From a virus (taxonomy: Duplodnaviria; Heunggongvirae; Uroviricota; Caudoviricetes): a stretch of 64,000 bases of DNA. This document shows, piece by piece, positions 12,001-19,556 of this stretch. The position numbers and the translations under genes were made by a program. Location: the IMG/VR virus record IMGVR_UViG_3300010049_000009, positions 224,001-288,000 of that record; one strand, given 5' to 3'. The stretch's first letter is position 1. Every line of letters starts with the position of its first letter. The notes below the pieces were generated by a model. It was not told the origin of the DNA and made no database searches. It saw only the letters and a program-made list of their open reading frames with translations.

Positions 12001-14481
12001 ATACGTTCCGTCATTATTGTTATTTACGATAAAATCACCAACTTTAACACTTGCATCTGAAACAGGTGTACCATCTTCCAATTTTATAATAAATGTTGTT
12101 TTTTGTGTTTGTTCTGCTTTTACATTAATAACTTTCGTTGCTTCACCACAATAGTTTTCAACTTTCACTGTTGCACTAAACGAACCGAATTTGGTTGTTG
12201 TTCCACTAACAACACCTTTGTTATCCATTTGGATACCCCAAGGGAAGTTACCTTCAACAACACTCCATCTTCCCGGTCTGCTACCCGCAAACATAAGTTG
12301 TTTTGACATTGGAGTATTTTGTAACACACTAAAATCACCTGTTATGATTTCAGGTTCGCTACATACGAAAATATTTATGTTTTTACTTGTTTGTCCGCAA
12401 TCGTTTGTTAATATAAGTTGAACGTTAAAGTTACCTGATTCTGTTGGTTTTCCTGTCAATAGACCGTCAGCAGTCAATATCAAACCTTCGGGTAATTCAA
12501 ATTCACTTGACCAAACACCTTTCGTACCATTAGATTCCAATAAAATGTGAACACCTTCATTCAACATTAAATTCATATTTCCGGCGGTAGTGATTTCGGG
12601 TTTTCCACAAATTGATACATTAATATCTTTTGTTGCTTCGCTACAATGGTTGGCGACCTTCAAAGTGAAACTGTAATCACCGAATACTTTCGGAGTTCCA
12701 CTAATTGTACCGTTTTCGCTATCCAAAGTTAAACCTTTTGGTAATACACCTTCGGAAATTGACCAAATTCCTGGTCTACTTCCTTCGTAACGCAGTTCAA
12801 CTGTTTTTTCTTCGCCCATTACGAAATCCATATCACCACTTCTGATAACAGGTTCAACACAGACAAATATACTCATACACTTTTCTACCTCACCACAAGC
12901 GTTTGTGAACTTCAAATTAAATTCAAAATATCCACCGGCAGTTGGAGTTCCGCTGATTACACCTGTATTTGGGTCTAAAACTAAACCTGATGGTAAATGA
13001 CCACCTGTAACTGACCAAACACCCGCTGAACCATGTACTTCATATTGCATTTCAACCGCTTTACCTCTTACAAATTCAGAGTCACAACCGCTGCAACAAG
13101 ATATAATGGTTGGTTTCATACAAGCACCCACACCCACTTCTTTAATTGCTTCACCGCAAGGGTTAGTTACTTTTATTTTAAGGTTGAAATCACCAAACAC
13201 TCTCGGTGTTCCACTAATAATACCTGTGTCAGCATCTAACGAAAGACCTTTTGGTAGTTCACCTTCGGCAACCGACCATTTACCTGGTCTTGTTCCCATA
13301 AATTGTAATTCGTGTGTCATTGCCTCACCAACTACAACGTTAATGTTTTCAGGAGAAACTTCCGGTTTTCCACAAATGTAAACTTTCAAATATTGGAAAT
13401 CTTCACCACAAGCATTAATCACTCTTATAGTACAGTTGAAGAAACCGAAAATTGTTGGTGTACCTGTGATAAGACCTTCTTCGTCTAATGATAATCCGCT
13501 TGGTAATCTACCTTCGGCAATTGACCAAACTCCGGGATTTCCGTAAGCGGTTAGTTGTACTTTTGCTTCTTCACCCATTACAAGTTTTACGTCATCATTA
13601 CTTGTAATACGTGGTTCAGCACATATTGTTATTTGAATATCTTTTTCTACTTCACCACAAGGATTGACCACTTTCAATGTAACGTGGAAATCACCAAATT
13701 GTGTTGAAATTCCTGAAAGAACACCTGATTTACCATTCAACGTTACTCCGGTTGGTAATTCACCATCTACAACCGACCAAGTTCCGGGACCACTACCTGA
13801 AAATTGTAGTTGTTCCATTATTTGTTCGTTATACGGAAGAACAAGATTAGAAGATGTTGCAATTGTTGGTTTTGCACATACGTACATATTGATTTTTTTA
13901 GTCAATTCACCACAAGGGTTAGTTACTTTTACAGTAAAATCATATTTACCGAACTCGGTGGGTGTTCCACTAATAAGACCATCCGAACCGATTGAAATAC
14001 CTCTTGGGAAAGTACCCTCAACATACGACCAAACGCCCGGTTTACTTCCAACAAAGGTTAGTTGTTCAGATATTTCTTCATTCATTATAGATTTAATATC
14101 TTTGCTAGAAATTTTACTTGGGGGTTCACACAATTGTACTGCCACATCTACGTCAGATACGGTTACAGTTACGTTTCCACCTTGAGAAATCATTCCAGGT
14201 CTACTAACATTAAATTGATATTCACCCGGAATAACATTCATTGCCTTGTAGGAACCGTCAAAATGGTTTACTATCTTTATTTTGCTTGATAGAATTGAAA
14301 TAGTGGCATCCGTTATTGGATTACCATCTAAATCAGATACGTAAAATGTTATTACGAAATCTATGTCGTTAATACTTTGAGCAGAATTGGCGACAACAAC
14401 AGGCGCATTATCGCTCACAACGCGAGAAAGCACACTGTATTTTTGTGTCGCATGACGATTAACAGAAAATTTTGATGCCAT
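1..14481 (-). CDS. Giant Ig-like repeat protein (>=4827 aa, C-terminus outside window); ~49 He_PIG/putative Ig-type repeats plus carboxypeptidase-regulatory-like beta-sandwich domains; probable virion fibre or adhesin
   Basis: ATG at 14481 (MASKFSVNRHATQKYSVL...). 14481 is a multiple of 3 and the same frame reads ...TYRNVQTAIM at position 1. The track lists no minus-strand ORF here, consistent with no stop in the window; spot-checked segments are open. Repeating ~83-aa unit W-S-I-x-x-G-x-L-P-x-G-L-x-L...G-x-I-S-G-T-P-T-x-x-G-x-F-x-F-T-V-x-V-x-N-P-C-G-E, counted 49 times. Confidence 0.9.
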   Translation of the reverse strand, partial: MASKFSVNRHATQKYSVLSRVVSDNAPVVVANSAQSINDIDFVITFYVSDLDGNPITDATISILSSKIKIVNHFDGSYKAMNVIPGEYQFNVSRPGMISQGGNVTVTVSDVDVAVQLCEPPSKISSKDIKSIMNEEISEQLTFVGSKPGVWSYVEGTFPRGISIGSDGLISGTPTEFGKYDFTVKVTNPCGELTKKINMYVCAKPTIATSSNLVLPYNEQIMEQLQFSGSGPGTWSVVDGELPTGVTLNGKSGVLSGISTQFGDFHVTLKVVNPCGEVEKDIQITICAEPRITSNDDVKLVMGEEAKVQLTAYGNPGVWSIAEGRLPSGLSLDEEGLITGTPTIFGFFNCTIRVINACGEDFQYLKVYICGKPEVSPENINVVVGEAMTHELQFMGTRPGKWSVAEGELPKGLSLDADTGIISGTPRVFGDFNLKIKVTNPCGEAIKEVGVGACMKPTIISCCSGCDSEFVRGKAVEMQYEVHGSAGVWSVTGGHLPSGLVLDPNTGVISGTPTAGGYFEFNLKFTNACGEVEKCMSIFVCVEPVIRSGDMDFVMGEEKTVELRYEGSRPGIWSISEGVLPKGLTLDSENGTISGTPKVFGDYSFTLKVANHCSEATKDINVSICGKPEITTAGNMNLMLNEGVHILLESNGTKGVWSSEFELPEGLILTADGLLTGKPTESGNFNVQLILTNDCGQTSKNINIFVCSEPEIITGDFSVLQNTPMSKQLMFAGSRPGRWSVVEGNFPWGIQMDNKGVVSGTTTKFGSFSATVKVENYCGEATKVINVKAEQTQKTTFIIKLEDGTPVSDASVKVGDFIVNNNNDGTYVTHLTDGSHEYSVTKTGYEIEDGVVEVRGEDVVVVITLCVFPAILSGDMDFVMGEEKTIQLEASGTTGVWSVQGSLPAGLTLNSVTGEISGTPSVFGEFKITVIMTNPCGSVNKPITIDICGKPEITSSSDMGFVMGEAKSVQLQFVGTEPVTWEVSEGVLPEGLELNTETGVISGVATEFGDFTFTVKAINECGEKEQEINMFVCAKPEVTSSGKFDFVMTEQHSEQLTSFGTQGTWSIVGGTLPAGLSLDAATGIISGNPTVFGDFNITVKVTNDCGEATKEMLIYVCGLPAITSEDMEFVMGDNVSHQLESEGTKGTWVVLSGALPAGLTLSADGVISGVATESGDFSVVIRMTNTCGVARKIFNIFVCAKPQITSANNINFKLDEEVSFQLAYTGTLGRWSVEGDLPNGVTLRPSTGLISGVPTESGNFAITVKVVYPCGEAIQSINIFVCAEPTVIVSNIEFLANVPMSKQLEFSGSRPGRWNIVSGSFPNGVTMSTNGIVSGTPTEIGNFAVTVRVANPCGEDTKEITMFSCAKPVITSGNNIDFVAGEPFAFQLEATGTEGTWAIISGALPEGLTLSANGEISGMTTASGSYKFTVQITNPCGEANKPMDLNVCAKPVVVTGDLDFVQNTPVSHQLRFTGSRPGTWAIVAGNLPLGLALNPNTGVISGMTPEFGEFNFTVEVTNPCGVGSKNINMNTCSKPAIMSGDMSFVINEPGSSLLEQTGTQGVWSIESGALPTGLSLNEVTGEVSGTPTVSGNYSFVVKVTNSCGDASKTINLSICAKPSVVTNDMTLVMGEATTHRLQFAGTRPGEWSIEGTLPTGLVFSAENETISGTPTEFGEFDVILIVKNPCGEASKTINITICARPNIVSDHGDFVMNEAGSVQLEATGTEGTWSIDNGSLPNGLSLSADGVISGTPTVSGTHSFTVKFKNPCGEAIKTILLYICSKPSIISGDMDIVMGDTISHQLLFAGTRPGTWSLDGGAFPTGLSMNDEGLITGRTAEFGEFVVSIKVTNPCGEDVKDITINTCSKPTVTSDNHMSFVMGESGSAILTSSGTAGTWSISSGTLPEGLSLNTDTGEISGTPTVAGGFNFTAKITNPCGEATKNITMAICAKPTVLTGDMGLVMGNPMVQQLEFSGSRPGVWSIEGTLPTGLTFNADTGVIIGTPTVFGDFEFTAKIENACGENSKVININICAKPTILCCAEMNFVKGEAGSAQLESSGTAGLWSIIGTLPEGLTLDAETGIVNGTPVVSGSYSFTIKITNPCGENSQPISIHICEKPMVVSGDMEFVMGNVGLERLVYSGTRPGMWEITAGSLPNGLTMEPETGIVSGTPTEFGEFAFTAKVTNPCGDASKEINVFVCGKPSVTSGSSMGFVMGEAGSAQLTSAGTQGTWSVVDELPAGLTLNADTGLVSGIPTVFGNFVATVKVVNPCGEATQTLDIFICGKPTVTSGDMEFVMGEAASKQLLFDGSRPGTWSVTGNLPTGLSLNTATGVISGTPVEFGIFDVAVKITNTCGEDIKDITIFTCAKPTITSGSSMEFVMGEVGEAQLTSSGTQGVWSISGGSLPEGLTLNGETGVVSGTPAVFGNYKFSVKVVNPCGEATQDIDVFICGKPSVISGDMGFVMGEPSEQTLVFSGSRPGTWEIIDGALPTGFTLNGETGVISGTLSEYGVFPITVKITNPCGDDTKVVNITVCAKPTVTNTSDLNFVMNEYGAEQLTASGTQGVWTIMNGNLPNGLELEGESGIISGTPTVSGTYTITVKIENACGEDARTISIQICAKPEVTSGDMEFVMGEQHSEQMTFSGSRPGTWTIVCGELPTGLTLNPTTGEISGTPTEFGDFSFFVKIENHCGESTKELTIFTCGKPSVTSGSSMSFVMGEDGSAQLTSDGTQGVWSVIEGELPMGLVLDAETGEVYGNPMVFGNFKFTVQVENPCGEAVQNIDMFICGKPAVVSSPYMEFVMGEESSEQLMFSGSRPGTWTIVCGELPAGLELNGETGEIFGTPTVFGDYSFYVKIENPCGEYTKHIDMFVCGKPEVTSGNSISNFVMGEEGYTQLESSGTEGVWSLVDSELPAGLFLEEETGEIYGVPTVFGNFKFTVSVTNPCGDAIQDIDMFICGKPAILNDTEVDFVMDEYNELQLLFSGSRPGTWSLVENSIITYSDETPSLLPAGLSLNTETGLISGIPTEFGNFFFTVKIENPCGEDMKEFDLFICAKPVVTSPNTFETVFDDEISIQLENFGTEGLWSIADGSSLPTGLELDEETGEISGIPTVWGHFKFTVQITNPCGEATQEVNLFICKLPDITSEEFDFILNENSSQQLQFTGSRPGTWEITEGVLPNGLSLDSESGVISGTATEMGEFLFTVVLKNPCGEAEKEISIFVCGKPEVTNPGYFDYVMGDEINLQLTHFGTPGTWSIHEGELPVGLELDIETGLISGIAVEFGNFHLIVKVTNYCGEAYKPIHIFMCGLPNVLTENMGFVMGTQSEQQLLSTGTPGTWKIVAGTLPNNFTLNPNTGVISGTLTEFGDFPITVELTNHCGVATKEVHITVCATPTITSASELEFVMEGRISFQLTNDGTQGEWKIIDGTLPEGLRLNELTGEISGRPREFGDFTFTVKVTNPCGEDTQVINMFMCGLPIITNDHMDFRLNEAGSAKFEQDGTPGTWSIINGALPTGLTLNTETGEVSGTPVVSGHFHFEVKLENSCGEATRIVVIFVCQLPNIIGEIDNFYVVDDNVIQQFQFTGSRPGKWTVIEGELPEGLELDEETGVMSGVPTESGDFTITVQVENACGEATKEVNFTVCLKPTVITEDIEFVLEEESEVQLEVIGSEGTWSIAEGSLPNGLFITAEGVIFGTPTEFGEFSFVAKFVNDCGEDVKLINISICAKPEVQTTSLALVMDEEHPRELRFFGSPGIWSIVEGELPEGLELDEETGWVTGVPTEFGDFDVVVRLENYCGEHEIGLHIYVCGKAEVLTEGVEFVIAEENSQQLESFGTQGTWTITKGVNSWTDLPPGLSLNPETGEITGVPTDWNMFGEFTITVKVENSCSEDEKEIELFVCRKPEVTTNYLYGLLNNEYSANIQYEGTTPDYWSIVDSELPEWAQLEGYVYGLPEGLMLDEFTGEVSGTPLTFGNFLFTVKVENYCGEVEHTIHMFVCAQPTVITPHIEFVIAEENSQQLEAFGTKPATWSITKGVREWTDLPPGLSLNPETGEITGVPSDWAMFGDFTITVKVENSCGEDEREVTMFVCRKPEVTTNYLYTELGDEYSANIMFEGTIPHAWLIVDREIPADIVAAGGKKGLPQGLILDGETGNISGITEEFGDFYFTIKAENYCGDVEHMIHMFVCSPVDNVSEEEYEIIEGEEINIQLKNDGTPGVFEVFVGVLPTGLMLNQETGLISGIPEVFGEFTFTVRFRSVCCEVIEDITLIICGPPKIQYAGYIHAIMGEPRGGAFQHSGSPGTWSVEGTMPAGLTINSNGVLSGTPTGYGEYTVKLKVANDCGEDVIDLRFQIDAVHKIIFEVIDKRTREHIVDATVLCPELEIENIGGGYYITTLKNGTYPWDVSAEGYYPETGTVVADGDIPQDVEVLVELQPLTHELKFIVSEEGTNTPITDAIIEVVDSDPELTISLINHNNGTYTTFIKNGKYDWNVSKDNYDSVEGDVTIDHADEVVEVVLVKKSFLLTFDITAGGGDFFYKNYDISFNVSGQPVVDANIITTNIPNDIENNDDGTYEVEVLQGTYPYTIRKDGFIRHTGTTTISDTDVVVPIVIFPLTGVITIPDNRLVTVSNLGSFTATVTPSPPNPNGNTYRYVFSLRNKNTGAVLLTAASQTSNTWTQTDANMNVSARHNVPLEVCCTIFESTAADAITFVCEPITIWRLTTLSATLNIDGTTNQVNMWVDGPKDTFTAVCVPSGSMPPYEYTFFIRINNVIIHTVTQNSETHETPNTMIYKPTVGGLHQVSCEVRAMGVPFDVTGVSHVIAPGPSTYRNVQTAIM
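1440..14140 (-). repeat. Intragenic tandem array of ~250-bp Ig-domain units (~49 copies, mostly alternating A/B types)
   Basis: ttcacc(a/g)ca (reverse complement of CGE codons) or a close variant recurs every ~245-290 bp from 1478 to 13907. One non-Ig domain interrupts at ~11890-12110. Confidence 0.9.
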
Positions 14482-14532
14482 AGTTATTATTATTTTTTTA
14501 GCCTATTAGGAACTATTATTTTTATTTTATAA

Positions 14533-14540
14533 ATAAATAG
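14533..14540 (-). promoter_or_regulatory. CTATTTAT late-type promoter motif upstream of giant Ig protein
   Basis: Same octamer in sense orientation precedes six other putative virion genes in the window. Confidence 0.55.
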
Positions 14541-14637
14541 TATTGATTTATATTTTGAATGACATTAAAATCACAGTCACATTTTTAAAAATAACGGAAA
14601 TAAAGTATATTTACGATAAGAATAATAAAATAATAAT

Positions 14638-16116
14638 ATGCAATCACTTACCAATCAGGGGGTTAATACACCAAAGAGTAAAAAACCGGCTACGAAACCG
14701 GAAAGGGGTCTTTACGATGACGAATTTCAAAAAAGACTAATCAAAATTTTAATCGAAGAAAGAGATAAGTTCAAGAACGATATGCAGTATATCAATCAGA
14801 ACGCTTTCACAAACACATCATATAAATTAATATCAGGAACAATCAAAGATTATGTCTTTGAATATGATTATGTTCCTTCGTATGATTTACTAAACTCACT
14901 ACTATCCTCTAAAATATCTGATGATATTGATTTGGAATTAACATTAGAATCACTCAAAGAAATAAGAGAACTCGACAGTGAGGGTTTGGTGTGGGTTAGA
15001 AAAGAAGCAATAGATTTCTTCAAGCGACAGGAATTAGTCAAGTTTTTCAATATGCAATTGGAAGATTTGAAAAATGGTATTGACATAACATCGAGAGATT
15101 TACAAGGGGATATTGGAAAGATACAATCAATTGGAACACATGATACAATTTTCAGCGGGGTATATGATGATTTAGAAGAAACTTTTGAACCACAAAGCAT
15201 AGTCCGTATTCCAACCACTTGTAAAGAAATAGATGAGTATCTTCAAGGCGGAATTATAAAACCAAATCTTGTTGTTGTGGCGGCTGGTAGTGGTGTTGGT
15301 AAAACAACAATATCTAGTGCACTTGCTCATGGTGCAGCCATTTCCGATTTTAAGGTGTTACAGGTGTTCTTCGAGGATAAAGTACCCGCTATTAAACGAA
15401 AAATCTTTGGTGCAATAACCGAAATTGAAGCACGACTTATCAATACGGAAGAATATTCGGAAAGAGCAAAACAACTTGCTCTCAATTACGAACACAAAGA
15501 CCTTGTTAAGAAAAACATAAAATTAGCTAAATTTAGAAATGGTGAAGTAACACCAAATATGCTTAAACAATATGTGTTGGGGTTGATAAATAGTGGGTTT
15601 AAACCCGATATGATTATAATAGACTATTTTGAATGTATGGCGAATCCTATTGATAGAACCATACAAAATGAATGGAAGTTGGAAACCAAAAAAATGAGGG
15701 AAATAGAAAACCTATGTACCGATTTTGACTGTGCTATTGTTGTTACAACACAAGGAACAAAGGATAGTATGGAAGGTATGTTATTAACTATGAATAAAAT
15801 TGGTGGTTCGGCAGGTAAAGTTCAAGTCGGACACATGGTAATAACCCTAAACAGAACACAAAAAGACGCTGACGAAAATAGAGCAGAACTTTTTATCCCC
15901 AAAAATCGAGAAGGAAAAGCAGGTAGAATATTTAGTCTACATCTTAATAATGGTATACCAAAATTGGTAGTAGATAGTACCTTTGAAAGCATTGAAGTAC
16001 TTAAAGCAAAACAAAAACAAGATGCTCACGATATGCCGCCGCCCGAAGTTGAATATACAAAAAGGGCAATTGATAGAATAAATAAAAAATACGATAAAAC
16101 CAACGAATATGATTGA
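14638..16116 (+). CDS. Replicative DNA helicase, DnaB/T4 gp41-like
   Basis: Walker A AAGSGVGKTT, Walker B IIIDY, TTQ motif, KNREG arginine finger. Confidence 0.9.
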   Translation: MQSLTNQGVNTPKSKKPATKPERGLYDDEFQKRLIKILIEERDKFKNDMQYINQNAFTNTSYKLISGTIKDYVFEYDYVPSYDLLNSLLSSKISDDIDLELTLESLKEIRELDSEGLVWVRKEAIDFFKRQELVKFFNMQLEDLKNGIDITSRDLQGDIGKIQSIGTHDTIFSGVYDDLEETFEPQSIVRIPTTCKEIDEYLQGGIIKPNLVVVAAGSGVGKTTISSALAHGAAISDFKVLQVFFEDKVPAIKRKIFGAITEIEARLINTEEYSERAKQLALNYEHKDLVKKNIKLAKFRNGEVTPNMLKQYVLGLINSGFKPDMIIIDYFECMANPIDRTIQNEWKLETKKMREIENLCTDFDCAIVVTTQGTKDSMEGMLLTMNKIGGSAGKVQVGHMVITLNRTQKDADENRAELFIPKNREGKAGRIFSLHLNNGIPKLVVDSTFESIEVLKAKQKQDAHDMPPPEVEYTKRAIDRINKKYDKTNEYD

Positions 16117-18814
16117 TAAAGTAGACATTTCAAGACAATCGAAAATTAAGGTGGTGTGGAACACATATTCACACCTATACACAAAGGACATTGAAAAGCA
16201 AATCATAAATGCTTTCAGTAAAAAATATAATATTCCGAAAACATCTATAAAGGTTGAACCAAAAGTTAAAGTTGTTGACGAACAAGGAAACGAAATATCT
16301 GTAAAAACAGAAGTTATTGATAATATCCACGACCCGAACTTCCAAAAGAAATTATTTCAAGAGTTTATCAGGATAAACAATATCGAAAACATAGATTTCA
16401 ACCAAATAAATATTATTGATGATGAAATTAATGAGAGTATTGACTATAATCAATACGCTAAATTCAATAAAATCACCGTCAAATGGATAGAAGTTAAGAA
16501 CTTTTTATCGTTTGGACCCGAATTAACACGTTTGGATTTAACCGAATTAAGTGGATTAGTTCTTATTGCCGGTGAACCCGCAAACCAAGCAGGAAAATCA
16601 GTATTAACCGGTGATGCTATTCGATATTTACTATATGGTAAAACCAATAGAACAAATTCCCAAGACACCATATTCAATAGATTTCTTAAACAAGAAACAG
16701 AAGTTATTGTGCGTGGTTGTATCGCCATTAATGGGGAAGAATTTGTTATAGAAAGGAAATTAACAAGGGCAAAAAAGAGAACAAAAACCTCAAAAGCAAG
16801 TGGTACAGTTCAATACTTTAAAGTTATTGATAAGTTTTGGGACCCCGAAAAACCGTTGGAAGATTACGATCCTGATACATTTGATAATAAATCGGGTGAC
16901 GTTAGAAACACTAATAAGGTTATCAAAGAATCTCTTATGAAAGAAGATGATTTTAACCTTATTACAACAGCAAACGCTAAAACGTTAGACGGTCTAATTG
17001 ATACCGGTGAAGCAGGATTATCCAAATTGTTCTCACGTTGGATTGGTTTATCCGTTGTCGAAGATAAAGAAGTTATTGCGAAAAGTTTGTTTAAGGAAAA
17101 AAGTAAAAACTTCTTATCCAACCAACATTCAACCGACCAACTTCAACAAACTAATATTGAACTCAACGATAATATTACAAATGGTCGTGAAATGTTAGTT
17201 AAATTTAATGAAAATCTCACTTCACAAAATAAAGCGATAGTTGATTTAACAAAAGCAAAGGAAGCGTTGATAGCAAGTAAGGGTGTGGTTGATGAAAAAA
17301 TTGTTAAACTTGATTTTGAAACACAGGAAAAACGTAAAGCGGAAATCGTTGAACAAGGTAAAAATCTTCGTCTCCAAGAAAAAGAATTTTCGGATAAAGT
17401 TACCGAATTGAAAGATGTTATTATTACGGTAGATAAAAATGTTATTGAAAAGAATAGACAAAATATAACACAAACTAATGATCAACATAATAAGTTAATT
17501 AGTGAAACCAAAGACTATCATAATAAACTCATCACTAACATTAAAGAAGGGCATAGTTCAAACATTGCAAATATAAAAGAAAAAGCAAATAATCAAATAT
17601 TACCATTAGTCAGTGATATTGCAACCATAAAAGCAACTCACGCAGCATTAAAAGAAGAAAATGTGAAGTTAGACGGTAGTAGGGTTTGCCCAACTTGTAA
17701 GCGTTCTTATGATGCCGATGTTTTGAAAAATATTAATGATACCATAAAATCAAATTCCGAAAAAATGGAAAAATTGAAACAAGAAGGTATTGTTAAAAAT
17801 AAAAACAAAGAAATAATCGAAAAAGAATGTACTGATACAATTGCGAAGGCTGAGTTGGAAATAAAAACAAGACTTGAAAAAGCGGAGACTGATATGAAAA
17901 ATATTATTCTTCAAATGGAAAAGGAACAAAAAGATACCATTGATAAACTCACAAAAGAAAATCAAGAGTTAATTGATAAGTTGGAGTTGGAAACAAAACA
18001 GATTGACGAGCGCAACAGGTGGGAATTGAAACTATCCCAAACAAGAGTTGAAATTCAAAAATCTCTGAACGATTACAATGAAGTTGATAAATTACTCAAA
18101 GAATATGTCGCTAACAAAGAAACCATACAGAAAAATATGGAACTCGACATACAAGTTGGTAATATGAATATCCGAATTAAAACCGAAGAGGAAATCAAAG
18201 AAAATATTATAAAAGAAATATCCAAAGTACAGAATAATATTGATATTTGTGAAAAACAAGTTAAGGTGAACACCGAATTGATTGGTAAATTATATATAGA
18301 AAATGAATATATAAAACACCATCAATTATTGATTTCCCTACTATCGAAAGACGGTATTAAAAAACTTGTGCTGCGCAATATAATTCCATTAATCAATAGT
18401 AATCTGAATAATCTTCTGAATGACCTTACAGATTTTAGTGTGGAAATTATAATAGATGAAAAGAATAATGTGAATTTTAATATTATAAAAGAAGATGATA
18501 ATGGGGAAATTGAAAGCGGCAACCTAAAAAGCGCAAGTGGATTTGAACGTACTATGAGTTCATTGGCATTGCGCTCTACATTAGTGAAATATGGTGCAAT
18601 ACCTCTTATTGATTTTTGTGTTCTTGACGAAATTACGGCGTGTGTTTCCCCACATAATTATCATTTACTATATGAATTATTTCAAAGGTTTAATGATAAC
18701 TATTCAACTGTTTTTGTTATTTCACATTCAGACGATTTCAATAGTTTCTTTGAAAAAATGATAACAGTTAAAAAAGAAAAAAATGTTAGTAGAATAATAA
18801 AGAATAAAATATAA
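16109..18814 (+). CDS. sbcC: SbcC/Rad50/gp46-like SMC ATPase with ~115-aa N-terminal extension
   Basis: KNFLSF, Walker A NQAGKS, coiled coil with CPTC zinc hook, signature SGFE, Walker B VLDE, ISH H-loop. Confidence 0.9.
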   Translation: MIDKVDISRQSKIKVVWNTYSHLYTKDIEKQIINAFSKKYNIPKTSIKVEPKVKVVDEQGNEISVKTEVIDNIHDPNFQKKLFQEFIRINNIENIDFNQINIIDDEINESIDYNQYAKFNKITVKWIEVKNFLSFGPELTRLDLTELSGLVLIAGEPANQAGKSVLTGDAIRYLLYGKTNRTNSQDTIFNRFLKQETEVIVRGCIAINGEEFVIERKLTRAKKRTKTSKASGTVQYFKVIDKFWDPEKPLEDYDPDTFDNKSGDVRNTNKVIKESLMKEDDFNLITTANAKTLDGLIDTGEAGLSKLFSRWIGLSVVEDKEVIAKSLFKEKSKNFLSNQHSTDQLQQTNIELNDNITNGREMLVKFNENLTSQNKAIVDLTKAKEALIASKGVVDEKIVKLDFETQEKRKAEIVEQGKNLRLQEKEFSDKVTELKDVIITVDKNVIEKNRQNITQTNDQHNKLISETKDYHNKLITNIKEGHSSNIANIKEKANNQILPLVSDIATIKATHAALKEENVKLDGSRVCPTCKRSYDADVLKNINDTIKSNSEKMEKLKQEGIVKNKNKEIIEKECTDTIAKAELEIKTRLEKAETDMKNIILQMEKEQKDTIDKLTKENQELIDKLELETKQIDERNRWELKLSQTRVEIQKSLNDYNEVDKLLKEYVANKETIQKNMELDIQVGNMNIRIKTEEEIKENIIKEISKVQNNIDICEKQVKVNTELIGKLYIENEYIKHHQLLISLLSKDGIKKLVLRNIIPLINSNLNNLLNDLTDFSVEIIIDEKNNVNFNIIKEDDNGEIESGNLKSASGFERTMSSLALRSTLVKYGAIPLIDFCVLDEITACVSPHNYHLLYELFQRFNDNYSTVFVISHSDDFNSFFEKMITVKKEKNVSRIIKNKI

Positions 18815-18819
18815 AAAGT

Positions 18820-19131
18820 ATGTATATAACAGTAGATATAAATAATTATGCGTGTATATTACTCCTAATTCTATTTAGTGGGTATATTCTATATAAAATT
18901 TTTCAAAAAAAGAAAACAAAGTTGTTATCTTATGAAATGGAAGATTTGTTGATAAATTCGTGGATTTTGAAAGTAGAAGAATCTTATTTCTTCGGAATGA
19001 TTAAGATAACAAAAAAATTCAGATTTAAAATTCCGATAAATTCTGATATTGATGATTATTTAAGGCATTGGGATCAGATAATTGAAGGTAAATATCAAAT
19101 AGGTTTAACAAATAGCGAAGAAGTAAAATGA
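18820..19131 (+). CDS. Hypothetical membrane-anchored protein
   Basis: N-terminal hydrophobic stretch (ACILLLILFSGYILY); tight operon spacing. Confidence 0.6.
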   Translation: MYITVDINNYACILLLILFSGYILYKIFQKKKTKLLSYEMEDLLINSWILKVEESYFFGMIKITKKFRFKIPINSDIDDYLRHWDQIIEGKYQIGLTNSEEVK

Positions 19132-19541
19132 AAAAAGTAGTTAGATTTAGTGTTTTTGAAACAAATAGTAGTAGTTCGCACAGTTTCACTGTTGGTCCCC
19201 TAATAATAGCAGAAGGTTTTGAACAAAAAGCGTGTTATTTATTGGGTTCTTTATTTGCTTGGGTGGAAATGGATATGGAAGAAACAGAAATATTCAAACT
19301 TATACAACGGTTAAAACCGGATTTTGAATATGACCCAAATATCTTTGACAATAGAGCGGAAGATTTTGATTGTGCATTAAATAACGATTTTTTATATAAA
19401 AGGTTTAGACCATCATATAGTTTTCCTAATGATAAACTTGAAGCAACAATAATTGCTTGTAGTGATTGGAAAATAAATGAAAACGTTAAAGAATATTTAA
19501 GAGATGATTCTGTAATTTATTCAGATGGATTTGGAAGATAA
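19128..19541 (+). CDS. Hypothetical phage protein with N-terminal RxxxFETNSSSSHS motif
   Basis: VRFSVFETNSSSSHSF, a motif recurrent in large phages, function unknown. Confidence 0.7.
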   Translation: MKKVVRFSVFETNSSSSHSFTVGPLIIAEGFEQKACYLLGSLFAWVEMDMEETEIFKLIQRLKPDFEYDPNIFDNRAEDFDCALNNDFLYKRFRPSYSFPNDKLEATIIACSDWKINENVKEYLRDDSVIYSDGFGR

Positions 19542-19556
19542 TAATAACATAACAAT

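Noticed and set aside
1440-14140. CRISPR array or DGR template/variable repeats
   Set aside because: Repeats are degenerate and codon-structured, with no unique spacers, no evident adenine-specific variation and no reverse transcriptase in the window.
308-14289. Dozens of plus-strand ORFs with repeated SPQG/VPLI motifs
   Set aside because: Antisense shadows of the giant minus-strand repeat gene.
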